A stretch of DNA of 64,000 bases from assembly GCA_964016885.1 (NCBI GenBank), contig OZ024741.1:245892001-245956000 (forward strand), in the 5' to 3' direction. The notes under the pieces were generated by a model, which was given only the letters and a program-made list of their open reading frames with translations, did not search any database and had not been told where the DNA came from. The position numbers and the translations under genes are program-made. This DNA comes from Eledone cirrhosa. Its lineage: Eukaryota. This document shows positions 1-13,836 of this stretch, piece by piece (positions within the stretch are counted from its first letter, which is position 1; every line of letters starts with the position of its first letter).

Positions 1-982
1 AATTATCTCCCCTTGGACGGCTAGAAATTATCTCTCTTTGGACGGCTGGAAATTATCACCCCTTGAGTTTTTTACAAATTATCTCCCCCTGATTTTTTTT
101 ACAAATCTCCCAGTGATTTTTTAAAAAAAATTATCTCCCCTTCGCTGGCTGGAAATTATCTCCCCTTGGACGCTGGAAATTATAGCCCCTTGGAGGGCTG
201 GAAATTATCTTCCCTTGGACGGCTGGAAATTATCTCCCCTTGATTTTTTTTACAAATTATCTCCCCCTGATTTTTTTTTACAAATTATCTCCCCCTGATG
301 TTTTTTTACAACTTATCTGCGCCTGATTTTTTTAAAAAAATTATCTCCCCTTGGACGGCTGGAAATTATCTCCCCTTGGACGGCTGGAAATTATCTCTCC
401 TTGGACGGCTAGAATTTACCTCTCCTTGGACGGCTGAAAATTATCTCCCCTTGAACGGCTGGAAATTATCTCCCCTTGATTTTTTTTACAAATTATCTCC
501 CCCTTTTTTTTTTTTACAAATTATCTCCCCCTGATTTTTTTTTACAAATTATCTCCCCCTGATTTTTTTTTACAAATTATCTCCCCCTGATTTTTTTTAC
601 AAATTATCTCCCCCTGATTTTTTTTACAAATTATCTCCCCCTGATTTTTTTACAAATTATCTCCCCCTGATTTTTTTTACAAATTATCTACCCCTGATTT
701 TTTTTACAAATTATCTCCCCCTGATTTTTTTTTACAAATTATCTCCCCCTGATTTCTTTTTACAAATTATCTCCCCCTGATTTTTTTTTTACAAATTATC
801 TCCCCCTGATTTTTTTACAAAGTATCTCCCCCTGATTTTTTTTACAATCTCCGCCTGATTTTTTTAAAAATTATCTTCCCTTGGCTGGCGGGAAATTATC
901 TCCCCTTGGACGGCTGGAAATTATCTCCCCTTGGAAGGATGGAAATTATCTCCCCTTGGACGGCTGGAAATTATCTCCCCTT

Positions 983-3900
983 GCACGGCTGGAAATTATC
1001 TCCCCTTGGACGGCTAGAAATTATCTCTCTTTGGACGGCTGGAAATTATCTCCCTTTGATTTTTTTTACAAATTATCTCCCTCTGATTTTTTTTACGAAT
1101 CTCCCCCTGATTTTTTTTAAAAAATTATCTCCCCTTCGCTGGCTGGAAATTATCTCCCCTTGGACACTGGAAATTATAGCCCCTTGGAGGGCTGGAAATT
1201 ATCTTCCCTTGGACGGCTGGAAATTATCTCCCCCTGATTTTTTTTACAAATTATCTCCGCCTTATTTTTTTAAAAAGTTATCTCTCCTTGGACGGCTGGA
1301 AATTATCTCCCCTTGATTTTTTTTACAAATAATCTCCCCCTGATTTTTTTTTACAAATTATCTCCCCCTGATTTTTTTTTACAAATTATCTACCCCTGAT
1401 TTTCTTTTACAAATTATCTCCCCCTGATTTTTGTTACAAATTATCTCCCCCTGATTTTTCTTTTACAAATTATCTCCCCCTGATTTTTTTTACAAATTAT
1501 CTCCGCCTGATTTTTTTAAATATTATCTTCCCTTGGCTGGCGGGAAATTATCTCCCCTTGGATGGCTGGAAATTATCTGCCCTTGATTTTCTTTTTACAA
1601 ATTATCTTCCACTGATTTTTTTTACAAATTATCTCCACCTGATTTTTTTAAAAATTATCTCCCCTTGGAAGGCTGGAAATTATCTCCCCTTGGCTGGAAA
1701 TTATCTCCCCTTGGACGGCTAGAAATTATCTCTCTTTGTACGGCTGGAAATTATCACCCCTTGAGTTTTTTACAAATTATCTCCCCCTGATTTTTTTTAC
1801 AAATCTCCCAGTGTTTTTTAAAAAAAATTATCTCCCCTTCGCTGGCTGGAAATTATCTCCCCTTGGACGCTGGAAATTATAGCCCCTTGGAGGGCTGGAA
1901 ATTATCTTCCCTTGGACGGCTGGAAATTATCTCCCCTTGATTTTTTTTACAAATTATCTCCCCCTGATTTTTTTTTACAAATTATCTCCCCCTGATTTTT
2001 TTTTACAACTTATCTGCGCCTGATTTTTTTAAAAAAATTATCTTCCCTTGGACGGCTGGAAATTATCTCCCCTTGGACGGCTGGAAATTATCTCTCCTTG
2101 GACGGCTAGAATTTACCACTCCTTGGACGGCTGAAAATTATCTCCCCTTGGACGGCTGGAAATTATCTCCCCTTGATTTTTTTTACAAATTATCTCCCCC
2201 TGATTTTTTTTTACAAATTATCTGCCCCTGATTTTTTTTTACAAATTATCTCCCCCTGATTTTTTTTTTAAAATTATCTCCCCCTGATTTTTTTTACAAA
2301 TTATCTCCCCCTGATTTTTTTACAAATTATCTCCCCTTGGCTGGCTGGAAATTATCTCCCCTTGGAGGCTGGAACTTATGTCCCCTTGGACGGCTAGAAA
2401 TGACCTCTCCTTGGACGGCTGGAAAATATGTCTCCTTGGACGGCTGGATATTATCTCCCCTTGGACGGCTGGAAATTATCTCCCCTTGGACGGCTGGAAA
2501 TTATCTCCCCTTGGATGGCTAGATATTACCTCCCCTTGGACGGCTGGAAATTATCTCCCCTTGATTTTTTTTACAAATTATCTCCCCCTGATTTTTTTTT
2601 ACAAATTTTCTCCCCCTGATTTTTGTTTACAAATTATCTCCGCCTGATTTTTTTTTTTAAATTATCTCCCCTTGGACGGCTGGAAATTATCTCCCCTTGG
2701 ACGGCTAGAAATTACCTCTCCTTGGACGGCTGAAAATTATCTCCCCTTGGACGGCTGGAAATTATCTCCCCTTGATTTTTTTACAAATTATCTCCCCCTG
2801 ATTTTTTTTTTACAAATTATCTCCCCCTGATTTTTTTTTACAAATTATCTACCCCTGATTTTTTTTTACAAATTATCTCCCCCTGATTTTTTTTTACAAA
2901 TTATCTACCCCTGATTTTTTTTACAAATTATCTCCCCCTGATTTTTTTTTTACAAATTATCTCCCCCTGATTTTTTTACAAATTATCTCCCCCTGATTTT
3001 TTTTACAAATTATCTCCGCCGGATTTTTTTAAATATTATCTTCCCTTGGCTTGCGGGAAATTATCTCCCCTTGGACGGCTGAAAATTATCTCCCCTTGGA
3101 CGGCTGGAAATTATCTCCCCTTGATTTTTTTTACAAATTATCTCCCCCTGATTTTTTTTTACAAATTATCTCCCCCTGATTTTTTTTACAAATTATCTCC
3201 CCCTGATTTTTTTTACAAATTATCTCCCCCTGATTTTTTTTACAAATTATCTCCCCCTGATTTTTTTTTACAAATTATCTCCCCCTGATTTTTTTACAAA
3301 TTATCTCCCCCTGATTTTTTTTACAAATTATCTCCGCCTGATTTTTTAAAATATTATCTTCCCTTGGCTGGCGGGAAATTATCTCCCCTTGGACGGCTGG
3401 AAATTATCTGCCCTTGATTTTCTTTTTACAAATTAACTTCCACTGATTTTTTTTACAAATTATCTCCACCTGATTTTTTTAAAAATTATCTCCCCTTGGA
3501 AGGCTGGAAATTATCTCCCCTTGGCTGGAAATTATCTCCCCTTGGACGGCTAGAAATTATCTCTCTTTGGACGGCTGGAAATTATCACCCCTTGAGTTTT
3601 TTACAAATTATCTCCCCCTGATTTTTTTTACAAATCTCCCAGTGATTTTTAAAAAAAAATTATCTTCCCTTCGCTGGCTGGAAATTATCTCCCCTTGGAC
3701 GCTGGAAATTATAGCCCCTTGGAGGGCTGGAAATTATCTTCCCTTGGACGGCTGGAAATTACCTCCCCTTGATTTTTTTTACAAATTATCTCCCCCTGAT
3801 TTTTTTTTACAAATTATATCCCCCTGATTTTTTTTTACAACTTATCTGCGCCTGATTTTTTTAAAAAAATTATCTCCCCTTGGACGGCTGGAAATTATCT

Positions 3901-6900
3901 CCCTTTGGACGGCTGGAAATTATCTCTCCTTGGACGGCTAGAATTTACCTCTCCTTGGACGGCTGAAAATTATCTCCCCTTGGACGGCTGGAAATTATCT
4001 CCCCTTGATTTTTTTTACAAATTATCTCCCCCTGATTTTTTTTTACAAATTATGTCCCCCTGATTTTTTTACAAATTATCTCCCACTGATTTTTTTTACA
4101 AATTATCTCCGCCTGATTTTTTTAAATATTATCTCTCCTTGGCTGGCGGGAAATTATCTCCCCTTGGACGGCTGGAAATTATCTCCCCTTGGAAGGATGG
4201 AAATTATCTCCCCTTGGACGGCTGGAAATTATCTACCCCTGATTTTTTTTACAAATTATCTCCCCCTGATTTTTTTTACAAATTATCTCCCCCTGATTTT
4301 TTTTACAAATTATCTACCCCTGATTTTTTTTACAAATTATCTCCCCCTGATTTTTTTACAAATTATCTCCCCCTGATTTTTTTTACAATCTCCGCCTGAT
4401 TTTTTTAAAAATTGTCTTCCCTTGGCTGGCTGGAAATTATCTCCCCTTGGACACTGGAAATTATAGCCCCTTGGAGGGCTGGAAATTATCTTCCCTTGGA
4501 CGGCTGGAAATTATCTCCCCTTGATTTTTTTTACAAATTATCTCCGCCTGATTTTTTTTTACAAATTATCTCCCCCTGATTTTTTTTTACAAATTATCTA
4601 CCCCTGATTTTTTTTTACAAATTATCTCCCCCTGATTTTTTTTACAAATTATCTCCCCCTGATTTTTCTTTTACAAATTATCTCCCCCTGATTTTTTTAC
4701 AAATTATCTCCCCCTGATTTTTTTTACAAATTATCTCCGCCTGATTTTTTTAAATATTATCTTCCCTTGGCTGGCGGGAAATTATCTCCCCTTGGACGGC
4801 TGGAAATTATCTGCCCTTGATTTTCTTTTTACAAATTATCTTCCACTGATTTTTTTTACAAATTATCTCCACCTGATTTTTTAAAAAATTATCTCCCCTT
4901 GGAAGGCTGGAAATTATCTCCCCTTGGACGGCTGGAAATTATCTCCCCTTGGACGGCTAGAAATTATCTCTCCTTGGACGGCTGAAAATTATCTCCCCTT
5001 GGACGGCTGCAAATTATCTCCCCTTGATTTTTTTTACAAATTATCTCCCCCTGATTTTTTTTACAAATTATCTCCCCCTGATTTTTTTACAAATTATCTA
5101 CCCCTGATTTTTTTTACAAATTATCTCCCCCTGATTTTTTTTTACAAATTATCTCCCCCTGATTTTTTTTTACAAATTATCTCCCCCTGATTTTTTTTTT
5201 ATAAATTATCTCCCCCTGATTTTTTTACAAATTATCTCCCCCTGATTTTTTTTACAATCTCCGCCTGATTTTTTTAAAAATTATCTTCCCTTGGCTGGCG
5301 GGAAATTATCTCCCCTTGGACGGCTGGAAATTATCTCCCCTTGGAAGGATGGAAATTATCTCCCCTTGGACGGCTGGAAATTATCTCCCCTTGCACGGCT
5401 GGAAATTATCTCCCCTTGGCTGGAAATTATCTCCCCTTGGACGGCTAGAAATTATCTCTCTTTGGACGGCTGGAAATTATCTCCCTTTGATTTTTTTTAC
5501 AAATTATCTCCCTCTGATTTTTTTTACAAATCTCCCCCTGATTTTTTTAAAAAAATTATCTCCCCTTCGCTGGCTGGAAATTATCTTCCCTTGGACGGCT
5601 GGAAATTATCTCCCCTTGATTTTTTTTACAAATTATCTCCGCCTGATTTTTTTTTTAAATTATCTCTCCTTGGACGGCTGGAAATTATCTCCCCTTGATT
5701 TTTTTTACAAATAATCTCCCCCTGATTTTTTTTTATAAATTATCTCCCCCTGATTTTTTTTTACAAATTATCTACCCCTGATTTTTTTTTACAAATTATC
5801 TCCCCCTGATTTTTTTTACAAATTATCTCCCCCTGATTTTTCTTTTACAAATTATCTCCCCCTGATTTTTTTACAAATTATCTCCCCCTGATTTTTTTTA
5901 CAAATTGTCTCCGCCTGATTTTTTTAAATATTATCTTCCCTTGGCTGGCGGGAAATTACCTCCCCTTGGACGGCTGGAAATTATCTGCCCTTGATTTTCT
6001 TTTTACAAATTATCTTCCACTGATTTTTTTACAAATTATCTCCACCTGATTTTTTAAAAAATTATCTCCCCTTGGAAGGCTGGAAATTATCTCCCCTTGG
6101 ACGGCTAGAAATTATCTCTCTTTGGACGGCTGGAAATTATCACCCCTTGAGTTTTTTACAAATTATCTCCCCCTGATTTTTTTTACAAATCTCCCAGTGA
6201 TTTTTTAAAAAAAATTATCTCCCCTTCGCTGGCTGGAAATTATCTCCCCTTGGACGCTGGAAATTATAGCCCCTTGGAGGGCTGGAAATTATCTTCCCTT
6301 GGACGGCTGGAAATTATCTCCCCTTGATTTTTTTTACAAATTATCTCCCCCTGATTTTTTTTTACAAATTATCTCCCCCTGATGTTTTTTTACAACTTAT
6401 CTGCGCCTGATTTTTTTAAAAAAATTATCTCCCCTTGGACGGCTGGAAATTATCTCCCCTTGGACGGCTGGAAATTATCTCTCCTTGGACGGCTAGAATT
6501 TACCTCTCCTTGGACGGCTGAAAATTATCTCCCCTTGAACGGCTGGAAATTATCTCCCCTTGATTTTTTTTACAAATTATCTCCCCCTTTTTTTTTTTAC
6601 AAATTATCTCCCCCTGATTTTTTTTTACAAATTATCTCCCCCTGATTTTTTTTTACAAATTATCTCCCCCTGATTTTTTTTACAAATTATCTCCCCCTGA
6701 TTTTTTTTACAAATTATCTCCCCCTGATTTTTTTACAAATTATCTCCCCCTGATTTTTTTTACAAATTATCTACCCCTGATTTTTTTTACAAATTATCTC
6801 CCCCTGATTTTTTTTTACAAATTATCTCCCCCTGATTTCTTTTTACAAATTATCTCCCCCTGATTTTTTTTTTACAAATTATCTCCCCCTGATTTTTTTA

Positions 6901-7065
6901 CAAAGTATCTCCCCCTGATTTTTTTTACAATCTCCGCCTGATTTTTTTAAAAATTATCTTCCCTTGGCTGGCGGGAAATTATCTCCCCTTGGACGGCTGG
7001 AAATTATCTCCCCTTGGAAGGATGGAAATTATCTCCCCTTGGACGGCTGGAAATTATCTCCCCTT
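983..7065. repeat. HOR unit 1 (6,083 bp, phased on the TTGCACGG marker that precedes TACGAATCT)
   Basis: Marker GCACGG at 983 and 7066. The matching pseudo-ORFs at 881 and 6964 are offset by 6,083. The once-per-unit marker TTTGTACGG is near 1739. Confidence 0.85.
2324..2547. repeat. Representative 224-bp cassette of nine consecutive A monomers (about 32 copies in the window, four subtypes)
   Basis: The variant order is fixed: GGCTGGCTGG, GGAGGCTGG-AACTT, GGCTAG, AAAATATGTCTCC, GGATATT, GGATGGCTAGATATTACC. The cassette corresponds to the recurrent MAGWKLSPLGGWNL pseudo-ORF. Confidence 0.9.
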
Positions 7066-10000
7066 GCACGGCTGGAAATTATCTCCCCTTGGACGGCTAG
7101 AAATTATCTCTCTTTGGACGGCTGGAAATTATCTCCCTTTGATTTTTTTTACAAATTATCTCCCTCTGATTTTTTTTACGAATCTCCCCCTGATTTTTTT
7201 AAAAAAATTATCTCCCCTTCGCTGGCTGGAAATTATCTCCCCTTGGACACTGGAAATTATAGCCCCTTGGAGGGCTGGAAATTATCTTCCCTTGGACGGC
7301 TGGAAATTATCTCCCCTTGATTTTTTTTACAAATAATCTCCCCCTGATTTTTTTTTACAAATTATCTCCCCCTGATTTTTTTTTACAAATTATCTACCCC
7401 TGATTTTCTTTTACAAATTATCTCCCCCTGATTTTTGTTACAAATTATCTCCCCCTGATTTTTCTTTTACAAATTATCTCCCCCTGATTTTTTTTACAAA
7501 TTATCTCCGCCTGATTTTTTTAAATATTATCTTCCCTTGGCTGGCGGGAAATTATCTCCCCTTGGATGGCTGGAAATTATCTGCCCTTGATTTTCTTTTT
7601 ACAAATTATCTTCCACTGATTTTTTTTACAAATTATCTCCACCTGATTTTTTTAAAAATTATCTCCCCTTGGAAGGCTGGAAATTATCTCCCCTTGGCTG
7701 GAAATTATCTCCCCTTGGACGGCTAGAAATTATCTCTCTTTGTACGGCTGGAAATTATCACCCCTTGAGTTTTTTACAAATTATCTCCCCCTGATTTTTT
7801 TTACAAATCTCCCAGTGTTTTTTAAAAAAAATTATCTCCCCTTCGCTGGCTGGAAATTATCTCCCCTTGGACGCTGGAAATTATAGCCCCTTGGAGGGCT
7901 GGAAATTATCTTCCCTTGGACGGCTGGAAATTATCTCCCCTTGATTTTTTTTACAAATTATCTCCCCCTGATTTTTTTTTACAAATTATCTCCCCCTGAT
8001 TTTTTTTTACAACTTATCTGCGCCTGATTTTTTTAAAAAAATTATCTTCCCTTGGACGGCTGGAAATTATCTCCCCTTGGACGGCTGGAAATTATCTCTC
8101 CTTGGACGGCTAGAATTTACCACTCCTTGGACGGCTGAAAATTATCTCCCCTTGGACGGCTGGAAATTATCTCCCCTTGATTTTTTTTACAAATTATCTC
8201 CCCCTGATTTTTTTTTACAAATTATCTGCCCCTGATTTTTTTTTACAAATTATCTCCCCCTGATTTTTTTTTTAAAATTATCTCCCCCTGATTTTTTTTA
8301 CAAATTATCTCCCCCTGATTTTTTTACAAATTATCTCCCCTTGGCTGGCTGGAAATTATCTCCCCTTGGAGGCTGGAACTTATGTCCCCTTGGACGGCTA
8401 GAAATGACCTCTCCTTGGACGGCTGGAAAATATGTCTCCTTGGACGGCTGGATATTATCTCCCCTTGGACGGCTGGAAATTATCTCCCCTTGGACGGCTG
8501 GAAATTATCTCCCCTTGGATGGCTAGATATTACCTCCCCTTGGACGGCTGGAAATTATCTCCCCTTGATTTTTTTTACAAATTATCTCCCCCTGATTTTT
8601 TTTTACAAATTTTCTCCCCCTGATTTTTGTTTACAAATTATCTCCGCCTGATTTTTTTTTAAAAATTATCTCCCCTTGGACGGCTGGAAATTATCTCCCC
8701 TTGGACGGCTAGAAATTACCTCTCCTTGGACGGCTGAAAATTATCTCCCCTTGGACGGCTGGAAATTATCTCCCCTTGATTTTTTTACAAATAATCTCCC
8801 CCTGATTTTTTTTTACAAATTATCTCCCCCTGATTTTTTTTTTACAAATTATCTCCCCCTGATTTTTTTTTACAAATTATCTACCCCTGATTTTTTTTAC
8901 AAATTATCTCCCCCTGATTTTTTTTACAAATTATCTCCCCCTGATTTTTTTTTACAAATTATCTCCCCCTGATTTTTTTACAAATTATCTCCCCCTGATT
9001 TTTTTTACAAATTATCTCCGCCTGATTTTTTTAAATATTATCTTCCCTTGGCTGGCGGGAAATTATCTCCCCTTGGACGGCTGAAAATTATCTCCCCTTG
9101 GACGGCTGGAAATTATCTCCCCTTGATTCTTTTTACAAATTATCTCCCCCTGATTTTTTTTTACAAATTATCTCCCCCTGATTTTTTTACAAATTATCTC
9201 CCCCTGATTTTTTTTTACAAATTATCTCCCCCTGATTTTTTTTACAAATTATTTCCCTCTGATTTTTTTGCAAATTATCTCCCCCTGATTTTTTTTTTAC
9301 AAATTATCTCCCCCTGATTTTTTTTTACAAATTATCTCCCCCTGATTTTTTTTTACAAATTATCTCCCCCTGATTTTTTTTACAAATTATCTCCCCCCTG
9401 ATTTTTTTACAAATTATCTCCCCTTGGCTGGCTGGAAATTATCTCCCCTTGGAGGCTGGAACTTATCTCCCCTTGGACGGCTAGAAATTACCTCTCCTTG
9501 GACGGCTGGAAAATATGTCTCCTTGGACGGCTGGATATTATCTCCCCTTGGACGGCTGGAAATTATCTCCCCTTGGACGGCTGGAAATTATCTCCCATTG
9601 GATGGCTAGATATTACCTCCCCTTGGACGGCTGGAAATTATCTCCCCTTGATCTTTTTACAAATTATCTCCCCCTGATTTTTTTTTTACAAATTATCTCC
9701 CCCTGATTTTTTTTTACAAATTATCTACCCCTGATTTTTTTTTACAAATTATCTCCCCCTGATTTTTTTTACAAATTATCTCCCCCTGATTTTTTTTTTA
9801 CAAATTATCTCCCCCTGATTTTTTTACAAATTATCTCCCACTGATTTTTTTTACAAATTATCTCCGCCTGATTTTTTTAAATATTATCTCTCCTTGGCTG
9901 GCGGGAAATTATCTCCCCTTGGACGGCTGGAAATTATCTCCCCTTGGAAGGATGGAAATTATCTCCCCTTGGACGGCTGGAAATTATCTACCCCTGATTT

Positions 10001-13000
10001 TTTTTACAAATTATCTCCCCCTGATTTTTTTTACAAATTATCTCCCCCTGATTTTTTTTACAAATTATCTACCCCTGATTTTTTTTACAAATTATCTCCC
10101 CCTGATTTTTTTTTACAAATTATCTCCCCCTGATTTTTTTACAAATTATCTCCCCCTGATTTTTTTTACAATCTCCGCCTGATTTTTTTAAAAATTGTCT
10201 TCCCTTGGCTGGCTGGAAATTATCTCCCCTTGGACACTGGATATTATAGCCCCTTGGAGGGCTGGAAATTATCTTCCCTTGGACGGCTGGAAATTATCTC
10301 CCCTTGATTTTTTTTACAAATTATCTCCGCCTGATTTTTTTTTACAAATTATCTCCCCCTGATTTTTTTTTACAAATTATCTACCCCTGATTTTTTTTTA
10401 CAAATTATCTCCCCCTGATTTTTTTTACAAATTATCTCCCCCTGATTTTTCTTTTACAAATTATCTCCCCCTGATTTTTTTACAAATTATCTCCCCCTGA
10501 TTTTTTTTACAAATTATCTCCGCCTGATTTTTTTAAATATTATCTTCCCTTGGCTGGCGGGAAATTATCTCCCCTTGGACGGCTGGAAATTATCTGCCCT
10601 TGATTTTCTTTTTACAAATTATCTTCCACTGATTTTTTTTACAAATTATCTTCACCTGATTTTTTAAAAAATTATCTCCCCTTGGAAGGCTGGAAATTAT
10701 CTCCCCTTGGACGGCTGGAAATTATCTCCCCTTGGACGGCTAGAAATTATCTCTCCTTGGACGGCTGAAAATTATCTCCCCTTGGACGGCTGCAAATTAT
10801 CTCCCCTTGATTTTTTTTACAAATTATCTCCCCCTGATTTTTTTTACAAATTATCTCCCCCTGATTTTTTTACAAATTATCTACCCCTGATTTTTTTTAC
10901 AAATTATCTCCCCCTGATTTTTTTTTACAAATTATCTCCCCCTGATTTTTTTTTACAAATTATCTCCCCCTGATTTTTTTTTACAAATTATCTCCCCCTG
11001 ATTTTTTTACAAATTATCTCCCCCTGATTTTTTTTACAATCTCCGCCTGATTTTTTTAAAAATTATCTTCCCTTGGCTGGCGGGAAATTATCTCCCCTTG
11101 GACGGCTGGAAATTATCTCCCCTTGGAAGGATGGAAATTATCTCCCCTTGGACGGCTGGAAATTATCTCCCCTTGCACGGCTGGAAATTATCTCCCCTTG
11201 GCTGGAAATTATCTCCCCTTGGACGGCTAGAAATTATCTCTCTTTGGACGGCTGGAAATTATCTCCCTTTGATTTTTTTTACAAATTATCTCCCTCTGAT
11301 TTTTTTTACAAATCTCCCCCTGATTTTTTTAAAAAAATTATCTCCCCTTCGCTGGCTGGAAATTATCTTCCCTTGGACGGCTGGAAATTATCTCCCCTTG
11401 ATTTTTTTTACAAATTATCTCCGCCTGATTTTTTTTTAAAATTATCTCTCCTTGGACGGCTGGAAATTATCTCCCCTTGATTTTTTTTACAAATAATCTC
11501 CCCCTGATTTTTTTTTATAAATTATCTCCCCCTGATTTTTTTTTACAAATTATCTACCCCTGATTTTTTTTTACAAATTATCTCCCCCTGATTTTTTTTA
11601 CAAATTATCTCCCCCTGATTTTTCTTTTACAAATTATCTCCCCCTGATTTTTTTACAAATTATCTCCCCCTGATTTTTTTTACAAATTGTCTCCGCCTGA
11701 TTTTTTTAAATATTATCTTCCCTTGGCTTGCGGGAAATTACCTCCCCTTGGACGGCTGGAAATTATCTGCCCTTGATTTTCTTTTTACAAATTATCTTCC
11801 ACTGATTTTTTTTACAAATTATCTCCACCTGATTTTTTAAAAAATTATCTCCCCTTGGAAGGCTGGAAATTATCTCCCCTTGGACGGCTAGAAATTATCT
11901 CTCTTTGGACGGCTGGAAATTATCACCCCTTGAGTTTTTTACAAATTATCTCCCCCTGATTTTTTTTACAAATCTCCCAGTGATTTTTTAAAAAAAATTA
12001 TCTCCCCTTCGCTGGCTGGAAATTATCTCCCCTTGGACGCTGGAAATTATAGCCCCTTGGAGGGCTGGAAATTATCTTCCCTTGGACGGCTGGAAATTAT
12101 CTCCCCTTGGACGGCTGGAAATTATCTCTCCTTGGACGGCTAGAATTTACCTCTCCTTGGACGGCTGAAAATTATCTCCCCTTGAACGGCTGGAAATTAT
12201 CTCCCCTTGATTTTTTTTACAAATTATCTCCCCCTTTTTTTTTTTTACAAATTATCTCCCCCTGATTTTTTTTTACAAATTATCTCCCCCTCATTTTTTT
12301 TTACAAATTATCTCCCCCTGATTTTTTTTACAAATTATCTCCCCCCTGATTTTTTTACAAATTATCTCCCCTTGGCTGGTTGGAAATTATCTCCCCTTGG
12401 AGGCTGGAACTTATCTCCCCTTGGACGGCTAGAAATTACCTCTCCTTGGACGGCTGGAAAATATGTCTCCTTGGACGGCTGGATATTATCTCCCCTTGGA
12501 CGGCTGGAAATTATCTCCCCTTGGACGGCTGGAAATTATCTCCCCTTGGATGGCTAGATATTACCTCCCCTTGGACGGCTGGAAATTATCTCCCCTTGAT
12601 TTTTTTAACAAATTATCTCCCCCTGATTTTTTTTACAAATTATCTCCCCCTGATTTTTTTTAAAAAATTATCTCCCCCTGATTTTTGTTTACAAATTATC
12701 TCCGCCTGATTTTTTTTAACAAATTATCTCCCCTTGGACGGCTGGAAATTATCTCCCCTTGGACGGCTGGAAATTATATCTCCTTGGACGGCTAGAATTT
12801 ACCTCTCCTTGGACGGCTGAAAATTATCTCCCCTTGGACGGCTGGAAATTATCTCCCCTTGATTTTTTTTACAAATTATCTCCCCCTGATTTTTTTTTAC
12901 AAATTATCTCCCCCTGATTTTTTTTTACAAATTATCTCCCCCTGATTTTTTTTTACAAATTATCTCCCCCTGATTTTTTTACAAATTATCTCCCCTTGGC

Positions 13001-13836
13001 TGGCTGGAAATTATCTCCCCTTGGAGGCTGGAACTTATCTCCACTTGGACGGCTAGAAATTACCTCTCCTTGGACGGCTGGAAAATATGTCTCCTTGGAC
13101 GGCTGGATATTATCTCCCCTTGGACGGCTGGAAATTATCTCCCCTTGGACGGCTGGAAATTATCTCCCCTTGGATGGCTAGATATTACCTCCCCTTGGAC
13201 GGCTGGAAATTATCTCCCCTTGATTTTTTTTACAAATTATCTCCCCCTGATTTTTTTTTACAAATTATCTCCCCCTGATTTTTTTTTACAAATTATCTCC
13301 CCCTGATTTTTGTTTACAAATTATCTCCGCCTGATTTTTTTTTTTAAATTATCTCCCCTTGGACGGCTGGAAATTATCTCCCCTTGGACGGCTAGAAATT
13401 ACCTCTCCTTGGACGGCTGAAAATTATCTCCCCTTGGACGGCTGGAAATTATCTCCCCTTGATTTTTTTACAAATTATCTCCCCCTGATTTTTTTTTTAC
13501 AAATTATCTCCCCCTGATTTTTTTTTACAAATTATCTACCCCTGATTTTTTTTTACAAATTATCTCCCCCTGATTTTTTTTTACAAATTATCTACCCCTG
13601 ATTTTTTTTACAAATTATCTCCCCCTGATTTTTTTTACAAATTATCTCCCCCTGATTTTTTTTTTACAAATTATCTCCCCCTGATTTTTTTACAAATTAT
13701 CTCCCCCTGATTTTTTTTACAAATTATCTCCGCCGGATTTTTTTAAATATTATCTTCCCTTGGCTTGCGGGAAATTATCTCCCCTTGGACGGCTGAAAAT
13801 TATCTCCCCTTGGACGGCTGGAAATTATCTCCCCTT
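7066..13836. repeat. HOR unit 2 (6,771 bp)
   Basis: Markers at 7066 and 13837. Contains all four 9-monomer A-cassette variants (8341, 9424, 12372, 12996). Lacks a 79-bp three-monomer block near 7310. Confidence 0.85.

Noticed and set aside
500-520. Poly-T runs as intrinsic or Pol III terminators, or as retroposon tails
   Set aside because: They are an integral part of monomer B. There is no upstream GC hairpin, A/B box, element body or target-site duplication. The T12 form is a GA-to-TT variant repeated with the HOR.
468-870. Phased A-tract DNA curvature in B runs
   Set aside because: T tracts recur every ~27 bp, about 2.6 helical turns, so successive bends would largely cancel rather than add. 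A curvature model would be needed to claim otherwise.
885-910. NF-kB-like site GGGAAATTATCTCCC
   Set aside because: The half-site spacing is too long for the 10-11 bp GGGRNNYYCC consensus, so the resemblance is superficial.
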